In this document: piece after piece, positions 29,647-39,246 of the stretch
How the letters are laid out: every line of letters begins with the position of its first letter
How positions within the stretch are numbered: position 1 is the first letter of the stretch
Assembly: GCA_038134805.1 (NCBI GenBank)
Contig: JAYPVV010000004.1
Coordinates: 9,214 to 73,213, forward strand
From: Marinoscillum sp.
Lineage (GTDB): Bacteria; Bacteroidota; Bacteroidia; Cytophagales; MED-G16
Reading direction: 5' to 3'
DNA length: 64,000 bases
Translations under genes and position numbers: made by a program
Notes under the pieces: generated by a model
The model's input: the letters and a program-made list of their open reading frames with translations, nothing else
Told to the model about the DNA's origin: nothing
The model's database searches: none

Positions 29647-30768
29647 TTAATTTAAGCTCTTAAAGATATTAAAATCTTTTAAATGAGGAAATAAGTTTAA
29701 AGCGTTTCCATAATAGACTTTTTTCAAGACTTCATCAGGCAGATTTAAACCATATATTTTCCAGTTCCCATGTCTTTTTCTATAATAATCAAAATATTCA
29801 TCTTCTGTCTCTAAAACCCTGAAATAAGTATAATATTCAGAAACTTTGTAAGAGTCTTTTCCAAAGAGAATTCTATCCTGAAACTCAATAAAGAATTTTC
29901 TCGCTCTCTTTGGTTGTCTTCCAATCTCAGCAAGAACTGCACCAATTTCAGTCATAACGTTAGGATTCTCATCAAGATGCCTTGACAATCGATCTAAGTC
30001 ATTCCCCATCCATCCAAGATGAGCATTAATAAAAGTTGTATTCGGGTTATTTCTGAACATATCATGTTGTTCTGAAAGAATCTCTTCGAATGAAGGATTT
30101 GCGAGTGGGTCTCTGTACCTTCCTGGTTTCTGTTTAAGTTCTAACCACCTCTCATTATTTTTATCCTTAGGTAACCAGAATGAAGATGGTTCTCCACTAT
30201 GAATAAGGACAGGGATTTTAAGTTCAGCACAAATGTCCCATATAGGATTAAGTCTTTTATCATTAATCTTTATTCTTTCTCCGAATTTATCTTTATCGTC
30301 TAGTCCTAAAGTTTTATATATTTTTAGTCCAATCACTCCATTTTTAACACCCTCTCTAATAAGGAGTTCGTTTTTCTTTCCAAATTCTGGGTCATCAATC
30401 TGCTCAAAGTCTATATTTATAAATAATCCAAATCTATCTGGATAATTTTCTTGAATATTTTTAAGAGACTTTTCTAAGTATAAACCTCTAAATCCACTTA
30501 AGTTAACCATATACCCCATATTAAGTGAATCCATCTCATCAACTAGCTTAGAGAGATCTTTCAATGGCATGTCAAATTGATGATTATGAACATCTACAAA
30601 TGGATATTTAGATCTTTTAATTTTATTCTCCTTTACAACCAAGGTAGAAATAGGGTCATATTCCTCTATATCCATAAGATTGTATTTGTATTGAATAGTA
30701 TCAATAGAGAAATAGACTATAACAGTTAGTAATAGAACTGATAGAAGTATTTTAAGTATTATTTTCAA
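29647..30768 (-). CDS. Amidohydrolase-family metal-dependent hydrolase (TIM barrel)
   Basis: N-terminal TM or signal segment. HxH metal motif (FVDVHNHQ), then later VLIHSGEP and INAHLG. Confidence 0.65.
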   Translation of the reverse strand: MKIILKILLSVLLLTVIVYFSIDTIQYKYNLMDIEEYDPISTLVVKENKIKRSKYPFVDVHNHQFDMPLKDLSKLVDEMDSLNMGYMVNLSGFRGLYLEKSLKNIQENYPDRFGLFINIDFEQIDDPEFGKKNELLIREGVKNGVIGLKIYKTLGLDDKDKFGERIKINDKRLNPIWDICAELKIPVLIHSGEPSSFWLPKDKNNERWLELKQKPGRYRDPLANPSFEEILSEQHDMFRNNPNTTFINAHLGWMGNDLDRLSRHLDENPNVMTEIGAVLAEIGRQPKRARKFFIEFQDRILFGKDSYKVSEYYTYFRVLETEDEYFDYYRKRHGNWKIYGLNLPDEVLKKVYYGNALNLFPHLKDFNIFKSLN

Positions 30769-30769
30769 A

Positions 30770-31297
30770 TTAATTTACAGGAATTGATACACCAGTCTTA
30801 TCCCAAAGAAGCCTTAGAAATAACTGATTATCTTGCTCTACAAAACTAATGGTAAATTGTTCAAGTTCATTCTCTAACTCATAAGAGTCAACAATTATTT
30901 CTGCGATATTATTAGTAACATCAGGCTCAAAATAACCAAATGAGCTACTCTCTGAATTTAAAAATATCTTCCATGTATTTTCACTAGGTATAGTATATAA
31001 CCAGTATGAACCTTTTTTTATTGCTCTATCTCCAAAAGAAAAATCATCACTTACTGTTAAATCAGTTGAGAAGTTAGCTCCAGTTCTCCAGTATTCATCA
31101 AAAGGAACTAAGGCACCATCCTCTTTCTTTCCAAAAATTAATCTTCCCTTTTTATAAGGTCTACTATAATCAACAGTAAACTCTTTTGAATTAAAAGAAT
31201 AATTAGTTGCACCTTTAGGGCTTAGTGGAGGTTTTAAATAAGAATAGATTCCAAATACAAAGAGACCGGACAATAAAAGTAGAAGTATTTTTTTCAT
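30770..31297 (-). CDS. DUF2911 family secreted protein
   Basis: YSRPYKKGRLIFG...YWRTGANFSTDL...KKGSYWLYTIPSENTWKIFLN matches the DUF2911 pattern. Confidence 0.6.
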   Translation of the reverse strand: MKKILLLLLSGLFVFGIYSYLKPPLSPKGATNYSFNSKEFTVDYSRPYKKGRLIFGKKEDGALVPFDEYWRTGANFSTDLTVSDDFSFGDRAIKKGSYWLYTIPSENTWKIFLNSESSSFGYFEPDVTNNIAEIIVDSYELENELEQFTISFVEQDNQLFLRLLWDKTGVSIPVN

Positions 31298-31350
31298 TTT
31301 TTTTTAAGTTTTTAATACTGCGAATATAATTTAAATTCTTTTTATTACTT

Positions 31351-31833
31351 TCACTTAAGTGACTGATCAGTAATTTCTTCTCTCATACTTATCAAATTTA
31401 GATTTTTATCATATTGAGCATCAATAATAAATTTTTTATTTTTTAAGATAAACTCATAAATGAAATGATCAGTTTTTGGGGTGGGTATTCGTGATATATC
31501 TTTAAATTTTATCCACTCAAGAATTCCTTCTTCGGATTCAGGGGGTATAATCATATCTATATCTTGACAGAAAATATAAGAAATCCAGTTGTAATCAATA
31601 GGAGAACTCTCAGTAAGTACCCCACAAAGGGTAGGATTTTGTATATGGATTCCAGTTTCCTCTCTTGTCTCTCTAACTACTCCCTCAACGGGAGTCTCAT
31701 ATGGTTTAAGCTTGCCACCAACAGGAACATACATATTTTTATTTGGCTCATTATATCTTTTTAATAGGAGGAAATATTTTTCATTTTTTAGAACACATAG
31801 TGTAGCAACTTTTTTAATTCCTTTAGTTTTCAT
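31351..31833 (-). CDS. NUDIX hydrolase
   Basis: Nudix box GGKLKPYETPVEGVVRETREETGI. Confidence 0.8.
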   Translation of the reverse strand: MKTKGIKKVATLCVLKNEKYFLLLKRYNEPNKNMYVPVGGKLKPYETPVEGVVRETREETGIHIQNPTLCGVLTESSPIDYNWISYIFCQDIDMIIPPESEEGILEWIKFKDISRIPTPKTDHFIYEFILKNKKFIIDAQYDKNLNLISMREEITDQSLK

Positions 31834-31947
31834 TAATACTAATTAGCTAATACGAATATCATATATTAATCCTTATTTTATTAAACATAATAAAAGATTT
31901 CAGATTAAGGTATTGATTTATTATTTTAATGAAATAATTAAGGTTAT

Positions 31948-33039
31948 TTGGGTCTTTTATTACTCTACGGTTTTCTAACTATTCTCTTATCGTTCATATG
32001 TTCTATCTTAGAGGCTGTCCTCTTAAGTGTTAACCCAACATTTATAAAGATTAAGATAAAAGATGGTTTTAAGTATGCTGAAAATCTTCAATATTTAAAA
32101 AATTCTATTGATGATCCTCTTGTGATTATTTTAACGCTTAATACTATTGCGCATACAGTAGGAGCAATTATGGTAGGTGTTCAAGCTAAAATTACATATG
32201 CAGCATTAAATATTGATAATAGTTACAAATTCATTGGTATAGAGGTAACAGAAGAGTCTCTTATTGGATTTGTGTCTACAATAATGACAATTCTTATCCT
32301 TTTATTATCTGAGATTATTCCTAAAACAATAGGAGCAAGATACTGGGATAAACTTGCTAGGTTGACAACAATAATTTTAATCTCAATAATTCCAATTTTT
32401 AAGTACTCTGGTATATTATCATTACTTAAGTTTTTCACAAAAATCGCAGGTTCTTCTAAAAGAAATTCAATATTTAAGAGAGAAGATATTTCGACTTTAG
32501 CAGAAATTGCTGAGGAGCAAGGAATTTTAAAAGAAAAAGATTCTGACTTTATAAAAAATATAGTAAAACTTCAGAACGTAAAATTACGTGAGATAATGAC
32601 TCCTTTTTCTGTAATAAATTCAGCCGATATGGATTCATCAATTGAGGATTTTTACTCAAAAAATCAAAAACTTACTTTTTCAAGAATCCCTATATATTCA
32701 GAAAAAGAAGAAAATATTGATTTTTATGTACTTAAAGATACTATATTAGAAAAATTGATTCAGAATAAGGGTAAAAGTAAATTGTCTGAAATTAAAAGAC
32801 CTATTATAAAAATAAGTTATGAGTCTAAAATTCCAATTTTATTTGATAAACTCCTTAAAAAGCGAGAACATATTTCTCTTGTTATAGATGAATTTGGTGC
32901 AATAAGAGGTATTGTTACTCTTGAAGATATTATTGAGACTTTGTTAGGCTTAGAAATTGTTGATGAAACTGACACAGTTGTTGACTTACAAGAGCTAGCT
33001 AAAAAAAGAAGAAAAAAATATTTAAAAGAAATAGAGTAG
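31948..33039 (+). CDS. CNNM/DUF21 membrane domain plus CBS-pair protein, with no CorC_HlyC C-terminal domain visible
   Basis: TM-rich N-terminal half, CBS-pair-like C-terminal half (REIMTP...; IRGIVTLEDIIETLLG). TTG start per the ORF track. Confidence 0.75.
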   Translation: MGLLLLYGFLTILLSFICSILEAVLLSVNPTFIKIKIKDGFKYAENLQYLKNSIDDPLVIILTLNTIAHTVGAIMVGVQAKITYAALNIDNSYKFIGIEVTEESLIGFVSTIMTILILLLSEIIPKTIGARYWDKLARLTTIILISIIPIFKYSGILSLLKFFTKIAGSSKRNSIFKREDISTLAEIAEEQGILKEKDSDFIKNIVKLQNVKLREIMTPFSVINSADMDSSIEDFYSKNQKLTFSRIPIYSEKEENIDFYVLKDTILEKLIQNKGKSKLSEIKRPIIKISYESKIPILFDKLLKKREHISLVIDEFGAIRGIVTLEDIIETLLGLEIVDETDTVVDLQELAKKRRKKYLKEIE

Positions 33040-33068
33040 TAAAATATATATCTAAACATCAAATAAAA

Positions 33069-33134
33069 TTTAAATAATTATGATTTAAGTTATAATTAAA
33101 TGTTAGATTGCAACTTTATTTTAAATAATTATGA
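33069..33134 (+). repeat. Exact 15-nt direct repeat duplicating the csp translation-initiation region
   Basis: TTTAAATAATTATGA at 33069-33083 and at 33120-33134. The second copy carries the csp ATG. The first carries ATG ATT TAA. Confidence 0.85.
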
Positions 33135-33322
33135 CAGGAAAAGTTAAATTTTATAATAATTCTAAAGGTTACGGTTTTATTATTGAAGATGGGACAGAGA
33201 AAGAACATTTTGTTCATTCATCAGGCTTAATTGATAGCATTTATGAAGGCGACTCTGTTGAATTTGAATTAGTTGACGGTAAAAAAGGAAAAATAGCTGC
33301 TCAAGTAAAAAAAACAGCTTAA
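33131..33322 (+). CDS. csp: Cold-shock protein (CspA family)
   Basis: GKVKFYNNSKGYGFI (RNP1) and HFVHSS (RNP2-like). 63 aa. Confidence 0.95.
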   Translation: MTGKVKFYNNSKGYGFIIEDGTEKEHFVHSSGLIDSIYEGDSVEFELVDGKKGKIAAQVKKTA

Positions 33323-33388
33323 GTTACAAATTCTCTTTTATCAAGAATCAATCTTATTTATTGTATTGCTCATTATATTATTAAATAA

Positions 33389-33396
33389 TATTTTTG
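33389..33396 (+). promoter_or_regulatory. Bacteroidota-type -7 promoter box (TATTTTTG) upstream of the dienelactone hydrolase gene
   Basis: Exact TAnnTTTG match, 16 nt before ATG 33413. Confidence 0.35.
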
Positions 33397-33412
33397 TTTT
33401 ATAAATTATATA

Positions 33413-34201
33413 ATGAGATTAATACTTTTTTTATTGTTCACGATAATAATTTCTTGTGAACAAACTCAAACAAAAACTATTACTTCTAAAGAAATTAAGT
33501 ATAAACTTGATACTTTAGAGATGAATGGTTATCTGGTTTATGACGAATCTATAAAAGAAAAAAGACCTGCTATTCTAGTAGTTCATGAGTGGTGGGGTCA
33601 GAATGAATATCCTAGAAAAAGAGCTGAAATGCTAGCCGATTTAGGTTATGTTGCTTTTGCTATTGATATGTATGGTGAAGGTAAGGTTGCTGAGCATCCG
33701 AAAGATGCTGGTGCTTTTAGTTCTTCCGTAATGAGAAATTTTGATATTAGTAAAGAAAGATTTATTAAGGCGATGGAAGTAGTAAAAAATCTAGATTTTG
33801 TTGATAAAAATAATATAGGAGCTATTGGATATTGTTTTGGTGGAGGAGTCGTTCTAAATATGGCTAGAATGAATATTGACCTAAAAGGTGTAGTGAGTTT
33901 TCATGGATCTCTCAATAAAGCTGTTGGATATTCTGGGCCAACTTTGACAAAAATATTGGTTTGTAATGGTGCTGATGATCGAATGGTAAATGATGAAGCT
34001 ATTCAAAATTTTAAAGATGAAATGGATAAAATTAATGCTGAATATGAGTTTGTAAATTATCCTAATAGTGTTCATGGATTTACAAATCCTCATGCTTCCG
34101 CTAACGGTGAGAAATTTCAAATAAGCTTATCATATAATGAAGAAGCAGACTTAAAGTCATGGGAAAAAATGCAGATCTTTTTCAAAGAAGTATTTAATTA
34201 A
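33413..34201 (+). CDS. Dienelactone hydrolase family protein
   Basis: VVHEWWGQN and the nucleophile-elbow-like GAIGYCFGGG, with a C-terminal HGF. Signal or lipoprotein-like N-terminus (IIISC). Confidence 0.8.
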   Translation: MRLILFLLFTIIISCEQTQTKTITSKEIKYKLDTLEMNGYLVYDESIKEKRPAILVVHEWWGQNEYPRKRAEMLADLGYVAFAIDMYGEGKVAEHPKDAGAFSSSVMRNFDISKERFIKAMEVVKNLDFVDKNNIGAIGYCFGGGVVLNMARMNIDLKGVVSFHGSLNKAVGYSGPTLTKILVCNGADDRMVNDEAIQNFKDEMDKINAEYEFVNYPNSVHGFTNPHASANGEKFQISLSYNEEADLKSWEKMQIFFKEVFN

Positions 34202-34274
34202 TGCTTTTCATTCGAATATATGAGTGAGATCTATGTGACCTTTACTCATTTAATATTTATTTAAAAAAAAAGTC

Positions 34275-34282
34275 TAGATTTG
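34275..34282 (+). promoter_or_regulatory. Bacteroidota-type -7 promoter box (TAGATTTG) upstream of the serine hydrolase gene
   Basis: Exact TAnnTTTG match, 31 nt before the GTG start at 34314. Confidence 0.35.
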
Positions 34283-34313
34283 ATATATTAATTATATCTA
34301 CTTAAAAGTTCAA

Positions 34314-35573
34314 GTGAAAAATATTTTATCTATTTTCCTTTTATTATTTTTAATTGGATGTTATAATTCACAAAACACCACTTATAATTTAGATAAACTA
34401 AATAGAATTGATGATCTTATTAATGATCATATAAAAAACAATGATTTACCAGGAGCTGTAGTTTTAGTCGGAAATGAAAATGGAATAGTTTTTCAAAAAG
34501 CATATGGTATTAAAAATCCTGTCACTAAAGATAAATATAAAGTAGATGATATTTTTAGGATAGCTTCTATGACTAAAGCAATCACGTCTATTGCTGTTTT
34601 AAAGTTATGGGAGCAAGGTAAAATCAATCTGGATGATCCAATTGAAAAATTTATTCCTGAATTTAAGGGTGTTGAGGTGCTTGAAAATTTTAATAAAGAA
34701 GATTCTTCATACACTTCAAAGCCTTCAACAAAAAAAATAACAATTAGACAATTACTAACTCACACATCTGGTTTAGGATATGATTTTATAGATAGTAAAG
34801 AATCAATAAAATCAATTTATCATAAGAAAAGGCAATCTTTCATGAAAAATGGAGTAATGTGTTTCTGCGATGAAGATGTGTCTATAGGACAAGCAATAAG
34901 AAATTTAGCTAGTGTCCCTCTTCACCATGAGCCAGGAGAGAATTACACTTATAGTATTGGTCTTGATGTGTTAGGATATATGATTGAGATAGTTTCTGGA
35001 AAAAAACTAGACGTTTTTTTTCATGAAGAGATTTTTAAGCCTCTTGAAATGAATGATACCTATTTTTACTTACCTGAAAACAAGAAAAATAGATTAGTTC
35101 CTGTACAAACTAAAGAAGACGGTAGTTGGGTAATCTTTGAAGATGATAGATTCAATGAAAATTATCCTATTGAAGGTGAAAAAAAGTTTTTTTCTGGAGG
35201 TTGTGGTCTATCTAGTACAGTCCAAGATTATTATAAATTTTTATCAGTATTTCTTAATAATGGAAATTATAAGGGAAAAAATTTTATTGGGAAACAAACA
35301 AATGACTTAATATTTGAAAATCAGTTACCTAAGGGTTTTGGATGGGGAGGGGGAGTTGGTTTAGCTTTTGGTATAGTTTTAGAGGATGATTTGAAGATAG
35401 GGGGACAGGGAAGTGTTGGGACGATATCATGGGGAGGTTATTGGAATACGCATTTTTTTGCTGATCCTAAAGATAAATTAATAGGTGTTATTTTTAAACA
35501 AACTCAGAATATTCCTGATAATTCATCTTCTCTATTTAGGAGAGTTGTTCTTTCGTCTTCAGTTAAGTATTAG
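34314..35573 (+). CDS. Serine hydrolase, class C beta-lactamase / penicillin-binding-protein fold
   Basis: Lipoprotein signal (LLFLIGC). SxxK motif in RIASMTKAIT. YSxG-like motif. Confidence 0.8.
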   Translation: MKNILSIFLLLFLIGCYNSQNTTYNLDKLNRIDDLINDHIKNNDLPGAVVLVGNENGIVFQKAYGIKNPVTKDKYKVDDIFRIASMTKAITSIAVLKLWEQGKINLDDPIEKFIPEFKGVEVLENFNKEDSSYTSKPSTKKITIRQLLTHTSGLGYDFIDSKESIKSIYHKKRQSFMKNGVMCFCDEDVSIGQAIRNLASVPLHHEPGENYTYSIGLDVLGYMIEIVSGKKLDVFFHEEIFKPLEMNDTYFYLPENKKNRLVPVQTKEDGSWVIFEDDRFNENYPIEGEKKFFSGGCGLSSTVQDYYKFLSVFLNNGNYKGKNFIGKQTNDLIFENQLPKGFGWGGGVGLAFGIVLEDDLKIGGQGSVGTISWGGYWNTHFFADPKDKLIGVIFKQTQNIPDNSSSLFRRVVLSSSVKY

Positions 35574-35663
35574 CTAAGAAAAGAAGGAAAAAACATTTAA
35601 AAGATGTTAATTACTTTTTAAAAAATAATAAAGGATGATTTTTGACCTTCCCAGGAACTCTAA

Positions 35664-37028
35664 TTATTTTCCAATACAGAATTTAGAAAAAATATTGCTA
35701 AGAACATCTTCATTCGATATCTCTCCAGTAATTTCACCTAGATAATTTAGTGCGTGTTTTATATCCATAGCAAGTAGATCAACATTTGATTTGTTATTCA
35801 AGTTTTTTCGAACTTTCTCAATAGATTGATTTACTTTCTTAAGTGAATTATAATGTCTCTCATTAATCATTATTGTAGATTCTGAGTTAATTAAATTTTC
35901 ATTTATAAATAGATCAATTTCTTTCTTAATAAATTCTATGTCATCTTCACAACTAGCTGATATTTTAATTATTTTTTTATCACTAATGAATCTAAAGACC
36001 TCTTTACTGATTTTTAAGTCTTTCTTATTTCCTATGAAAATTACATTCTTATTTTTTAAAAAATTTGAATTTAATTCCTCATTTAGTGAATTAATATCCA
36101 AATTACTCATATCAATTACATAAAGTATTAGAGAGGATTTCTCTATTTGCTCAAGAGCTTTATTAATTCCAATATTTTCAATTTTATCATCAGTTTTTCT
36201 TATACCAGCTGTATCAATAAAGCGAATTAAGTTATCACCTATAGTGGTAGTATCGTCTAACACATCTCTAGTGGTTCCTGGAATATCAGAAATAATTGCC
36301 TTCTCATCATTTAATAAACCATTCAATAGAGTTGATTTTCCTACATTTGGCTTTCCTAGAATTAGAACGTTAATCCCCTCTTTTATAACATTATTTAGTT
36401 TAAAACTCTCTAGTAATAGTGCATTAAAAGAGAATATTTCATCAATTAGTTTTTGGAGTTGGTCTCTATTAGCAAATTCTACATCTTCCTCTGAAAAATC
36501 TAATTCGAGTTCAAGTAAGCTAGATAAATTAATAAGGTCATCTCTTAACTGTTTTATTTTCTTTGAAAAGATACCCTTAATATGGTTTATTGCCATTTTA
36601 TGAGAATTTTCTGAATTTGATGAAATTAAATCAGACACAGCTTCAGCTTGTGATAAGTCAATGTTTCCATTAATAAATGATCTGAAAGTAAATTCTCCAG
36701 GTTCCGCTATTCTTGCTCCTAAATCAACAGCTAGGGAAAGTATATTCTTGAGTATATAATTTGAGCCATGACATGAAATTTCAATTATATTTTCTTTTGT
36801 GTATGAATTTGGCTCTTTAAAAACAGAGACTAATACTTCATCGTAAATCTTATTTTTGTACTGTATGTTTCCATAATGAATAGTATGAGATTCTACTTTT
36901 AATAAATCTTTTTTTGGAAATATTTTATTGACTATTGAGATGGAGTTTTTTCCAGATAATCGAATTATTCCAATTGCTCCATTGCCAGTTGGTGTTGACT
37001 GTGCAACTATAGTGTCATTTAATTTCAT
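35664..37028 (-). CDS. mnmE: tRNA modification GTPase MnmE
   Basis: G1 motif GKPNVGKSTLLN, DTAGIR, and the C-terminal FCIGK. The ORF-track first codon is TTG, so ATG 37028 is taken as the start. Confidence 0.93.
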   Translation of the reverse strand: MKLNDTIVAQSTPTGNGAIGIIRLSGKNSISIVNKIFPKKDLLKVESHTIHYGNIQYKNKIYDEVLVSVFKEPNSYTKENIIEISCHGSNYILKNILSLAVDLGARIAEPGEFTFRSFINGNIDLSQAEAVSDLISSNSENSHKMAINHIKGIFSKKIKQLRDDLINLSSLLELELDFSEEDVEFANRDQLQKLIDEIFSFNALLLESFKLNNVIKEGINVLILGKPNVGKSTLLNGLLNDEKAIISDIPGTTRDVLDDTTTIGDNLIRFIDTAGIRKTDDKIENIGINKALEQIEKSSLILYVIDMSNLDINSLNEELNSNFLKNKNVIFIGNKKDLKISKEVFRFISDKKIIKISASCEDDIEFIKKEIDLFINENLINSESTIMINERHYNSLKKVNQSIEKVRKNLNNKSNVDLLAMDIKHALNYLGEITGEISNEDVLSNIFSKFCIGK

Positions 37029-37085
37029 CAATCAAAAATAAGGAAGAGAAATAAAAAACATGAAGATATAAGAGAATTATCAAAG

Positions 37086-37934
37086 CTATCCCAAAGACAC
37101 ATCTAAAATCATCATCACTATAAACCCAAATATTAATCCTATTGTCGCAAGATCAATATTTCCTCCTCTCTGACTCTCTGGTATAACTTCCTCAGCTACA
37201 ATGTATATCATTGCTCCTGCAGCAAAAGCAAGTGCATATGGTAAAATTGGGAAAACTAAGATTACAAAAGCAGCTCCTAATACCGCAAAAATTGGTTCAA
37301 CAATTGCTGAGAGTTGACCCCATTTCCATGATTTGTATTTTGATAATCCTGCTCTTCTAAGAGGCATAGAGACAGCAAATCCCTCAGGAGTATTCTGAAT
37401 ACCAATTCCAATTGCTAGGGCAACTGCTGATCCAATACTAAACACTGAAGAGAAGTCAGCATAAGCAAGTGCTCCAAAAGCAACACCAACAGCTAATCCC
37501 TCAGGGATATTATGAATTGCAATTGCTAAAACAAGTAATGAGGTTTTTTTAAGATCAGACTTAGGTCCTTCTGCTTCGTCTAATTTTCCAAAAATATGCA
37601 AATGAGGTATTGACTTATTTAGGAAATACATGAAAATTGCTCCAAACAAAAAACCTAGAGCGGGAGGAAGAAATGTAGGTAAACTTGAATATCCAAGTTC
37701 ATTCTGAACTTCTACAGTTTCAATTGCAGGAATAAGTAATGACCAGACGCTAGCTGCAATCATTACCCCTCCAGTAAACCCAAGAGATGCGTCTAAAAAC
37801 TTTCTATTTGATGAATTAAATAAAAAAACTAAAGCAGAACCTGATGCCGTTAAAATCCAAGTAAAAAGTCCAGCAACAAGTGCTTGAAGAATAGGGGATG
37901 AAATGGTTTCAAAAAAGATAATAAAATGATTCAT
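37086..37934 (-). CDS. ZIP-family divalent metal transporter
   Basis: Eight TM-like segments. HNIPEGLAVG and QNTPEGFAV metal-site motifs. Confidence 0.85.
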   Translation of the reverse strand: MNHFIIFFETISSPILQALVAGLFTWILTASGSALVFLFNSSNRKFLDASLGFTGGVMIAASVWSLLIPAIETVEVQNELGYSSLPTFLPPALGFLFGAIFMYFLNKSIPHLHIFGKLDEAEGPKSDLKKTSLLVLAIAIHNIPEGLAVGVAFGALAYADFSSVFSIGSAVALAIGIGIQNTPEGFAVSMPLRRAGLSKYKSWKWGQLSAIVEPIFAVLGAAFVILVFPILPYALAFAAGAMIYIVAEEVIPESQRGGNIDLATIGLIFGFIVMMILDVSLG

Positions 37935-38603
37935 TTAAATTTTAGTTATTTTAATATTTTCAGCAATATTTTTAGAAATAATGACGGATTTATTCTCTAT
38001 CCTTGCTTCAATAGATCCATCGTAGTCTATGATATCTTCAATAAGTATTTCTGTGCCAATCTCAATATTTAGTTTTTTTAATAAACTAAAGAAATTTTCA
38101 TCCTCCTTAATTATTCTAGAAACTATTCCTCTCTCACTAATTTTAAGATCAGTAATTGAAATTTTATCTATTAAATCAATTTCTCCAAGTTTATTAGGAA
38201 TTGGATCACCATGAGGATCAATTTTTGGATATTTTAAATATTTATCTAGTTTATTAATTAATTCTTCAGATGATACATGTTCAAGTTCTTCAGCTATATC
38301 ATGAATTTCATTCCATTTAAATTGAAGTTTATCATGAAGAAAAACCTCCCAAAGTCTATGTCTTCGAATGATTTGTATGGCTAATTTTGTTCCTTTTTTA
38401 GAAATTACACTTCCTTTGTATTTTTCGTGATATAATAGTTTTTTTTTTGAAAGCTTTTTTATCATATCTGTTACTGACGCTGGCTCAATATTTAATATCT
38501 TTGAGATTGAATTAGTAGAAACTTGTTTGTTTCCAGAATCTGACAAATTGAAAATTGTTTTTAAATAATTTTCTTCAGATTTAGACAATTGTTTAGGTGT
38601 CAT
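37935..38603 (-). CDS. DtxR/MntR-family metal-dependent repressor with a C-terminal FeoA/SH3-like domain
   Basis: N-terminal winged HTH (SEENYLKTIFNL...VSTNSISKILNIEPASVTDMIKKL). Dimerisation and metal region (RRHRLWEVFL...HDIAEELEHV). Its stop abuts the ZIP gene start. Confidence 0.85.
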   Translation of the reverse strand: MTPKQLSKSEENYLKTIFNLSDSGNKQVSTNSISKILNIEPASVTDMIKKLSKKKLLYHEKYKGSVISKKGTKLAIQIIRRHRLWEVFLHDKLQFKWNEIHDIAEELEHVSSEELINKLDKYLKYPKIDPHGDPIPNKLGEIDLIDKISITDLKISERGIVSRIIKEDENFFSLLKKLNIEIGTEILIEDIIDYDGSIEARIENKSVIISKNIAENIKITKI

Positions 38604-38634
38604 TTAATTAATTTAAGGTATATCAAATATTTTT

Positions 38635-38650
38635 TTTAGGTTTGTCTAAA
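38635..38650. promoter_or_regulatory. Candidate DtxR/MntR-type operator
   Basis: TTTAG-GTTTGT-CTAAA inverted repeat, 32 nt upstream of the repressor ATG (38603). TTAGG-type half-sites recall the DtxR/IdeR box. A second TTTAGG lies at 38592-38597. Confidence 0.3.
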
Positions 38651-38664
38651 TTATATATTTTTTT

Positions 38665-39246
38665 ATGAAAAAAATTTTTTTGTGTGTATTTCTTTTATCA
38701 TGTACATCTGAAGAGTCAAGGTTAGCAGATTCTTATTATCAAAAAAAAAATTATAGAAAAGCAATTGAGCTTTATTCCGAGAGTTTAAAACTTAAACCTA
38801 ATGACACTCAATCTTTATTTAGAAGAGGGAGATCTTATGAAGAATTAGGAGATTTTGAAGACGCTCTAAATGACTATATGAAAGTCTTAGATTTAGATAA
38901 GAATAATACTAATGCTCTTTTAAGTTTATCATTAAATAGTATTAGAGAAAAAAAGTATTTAGACGCAGAGTTATATGCTAAGAAGGTTATTAAAATAAAT
39001 TCAAGTATTTACGATGCCTATTTTTTATTAGGAAGAGCACAGCAATATCAAGGATTATTTTCTGATGCTGTTAAATCATACGAGTCTTCAATTTCATTAA
39101 ACTCAGACTTCTCTGATTCTTACTACTATCTTGGATTAGTTTACTTAAAATTAAAAAATGATAAAAAAGCATGCAAAAACTTTTCAATTGCTTCCTCGTT
39201 AAACAACGCAGAAGCTATTAAAATACAGAAAAGATACTGTTTTTAA
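38665..39246 (+). CDS. TPR-repeat lipoprotein
   Basis: Lipobox FLLSC. Several TPR units (YRKAIELYSESLKLKPND, FEDALNDYMKVLDLDKNN, and others). Confidence 0.6.
   Translation: MKKIFLCVFLLSCTSEESRLADSYYQKKNYRKAIELYSESLKLKPNDTQSLFRRGRSYEELGDFEDALNDYMKVLDLDKNNTNALLSLSLNSIREKKYLDAELYAKKVIKINSSIYDAYFLLGRAQQYQGLFSDAVKSYESSISLNSDFSDSYYYLGLVYLKLKNDKKACKNFSIASSLNNAEAIKIQKRYCF

Noticed and set aside
36244-36603. 119-aa ORF antisense to mnmE
   Set aside because: It lies inside the mnmE G-domain region, which has clear GTPase motifs on the other strand.
38741-38750. An A10 homopolymer inside the TPR lipoprotein gene as a slipped-strand phase-variation switch. Similar T8/A8-A9 runs occur at 2463-2478 and 57630-57638.
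   Set aside because: A/T homopolymers are frequent everywhere in this AT-rich sequence. A single assembly provides no evidence of length variation.
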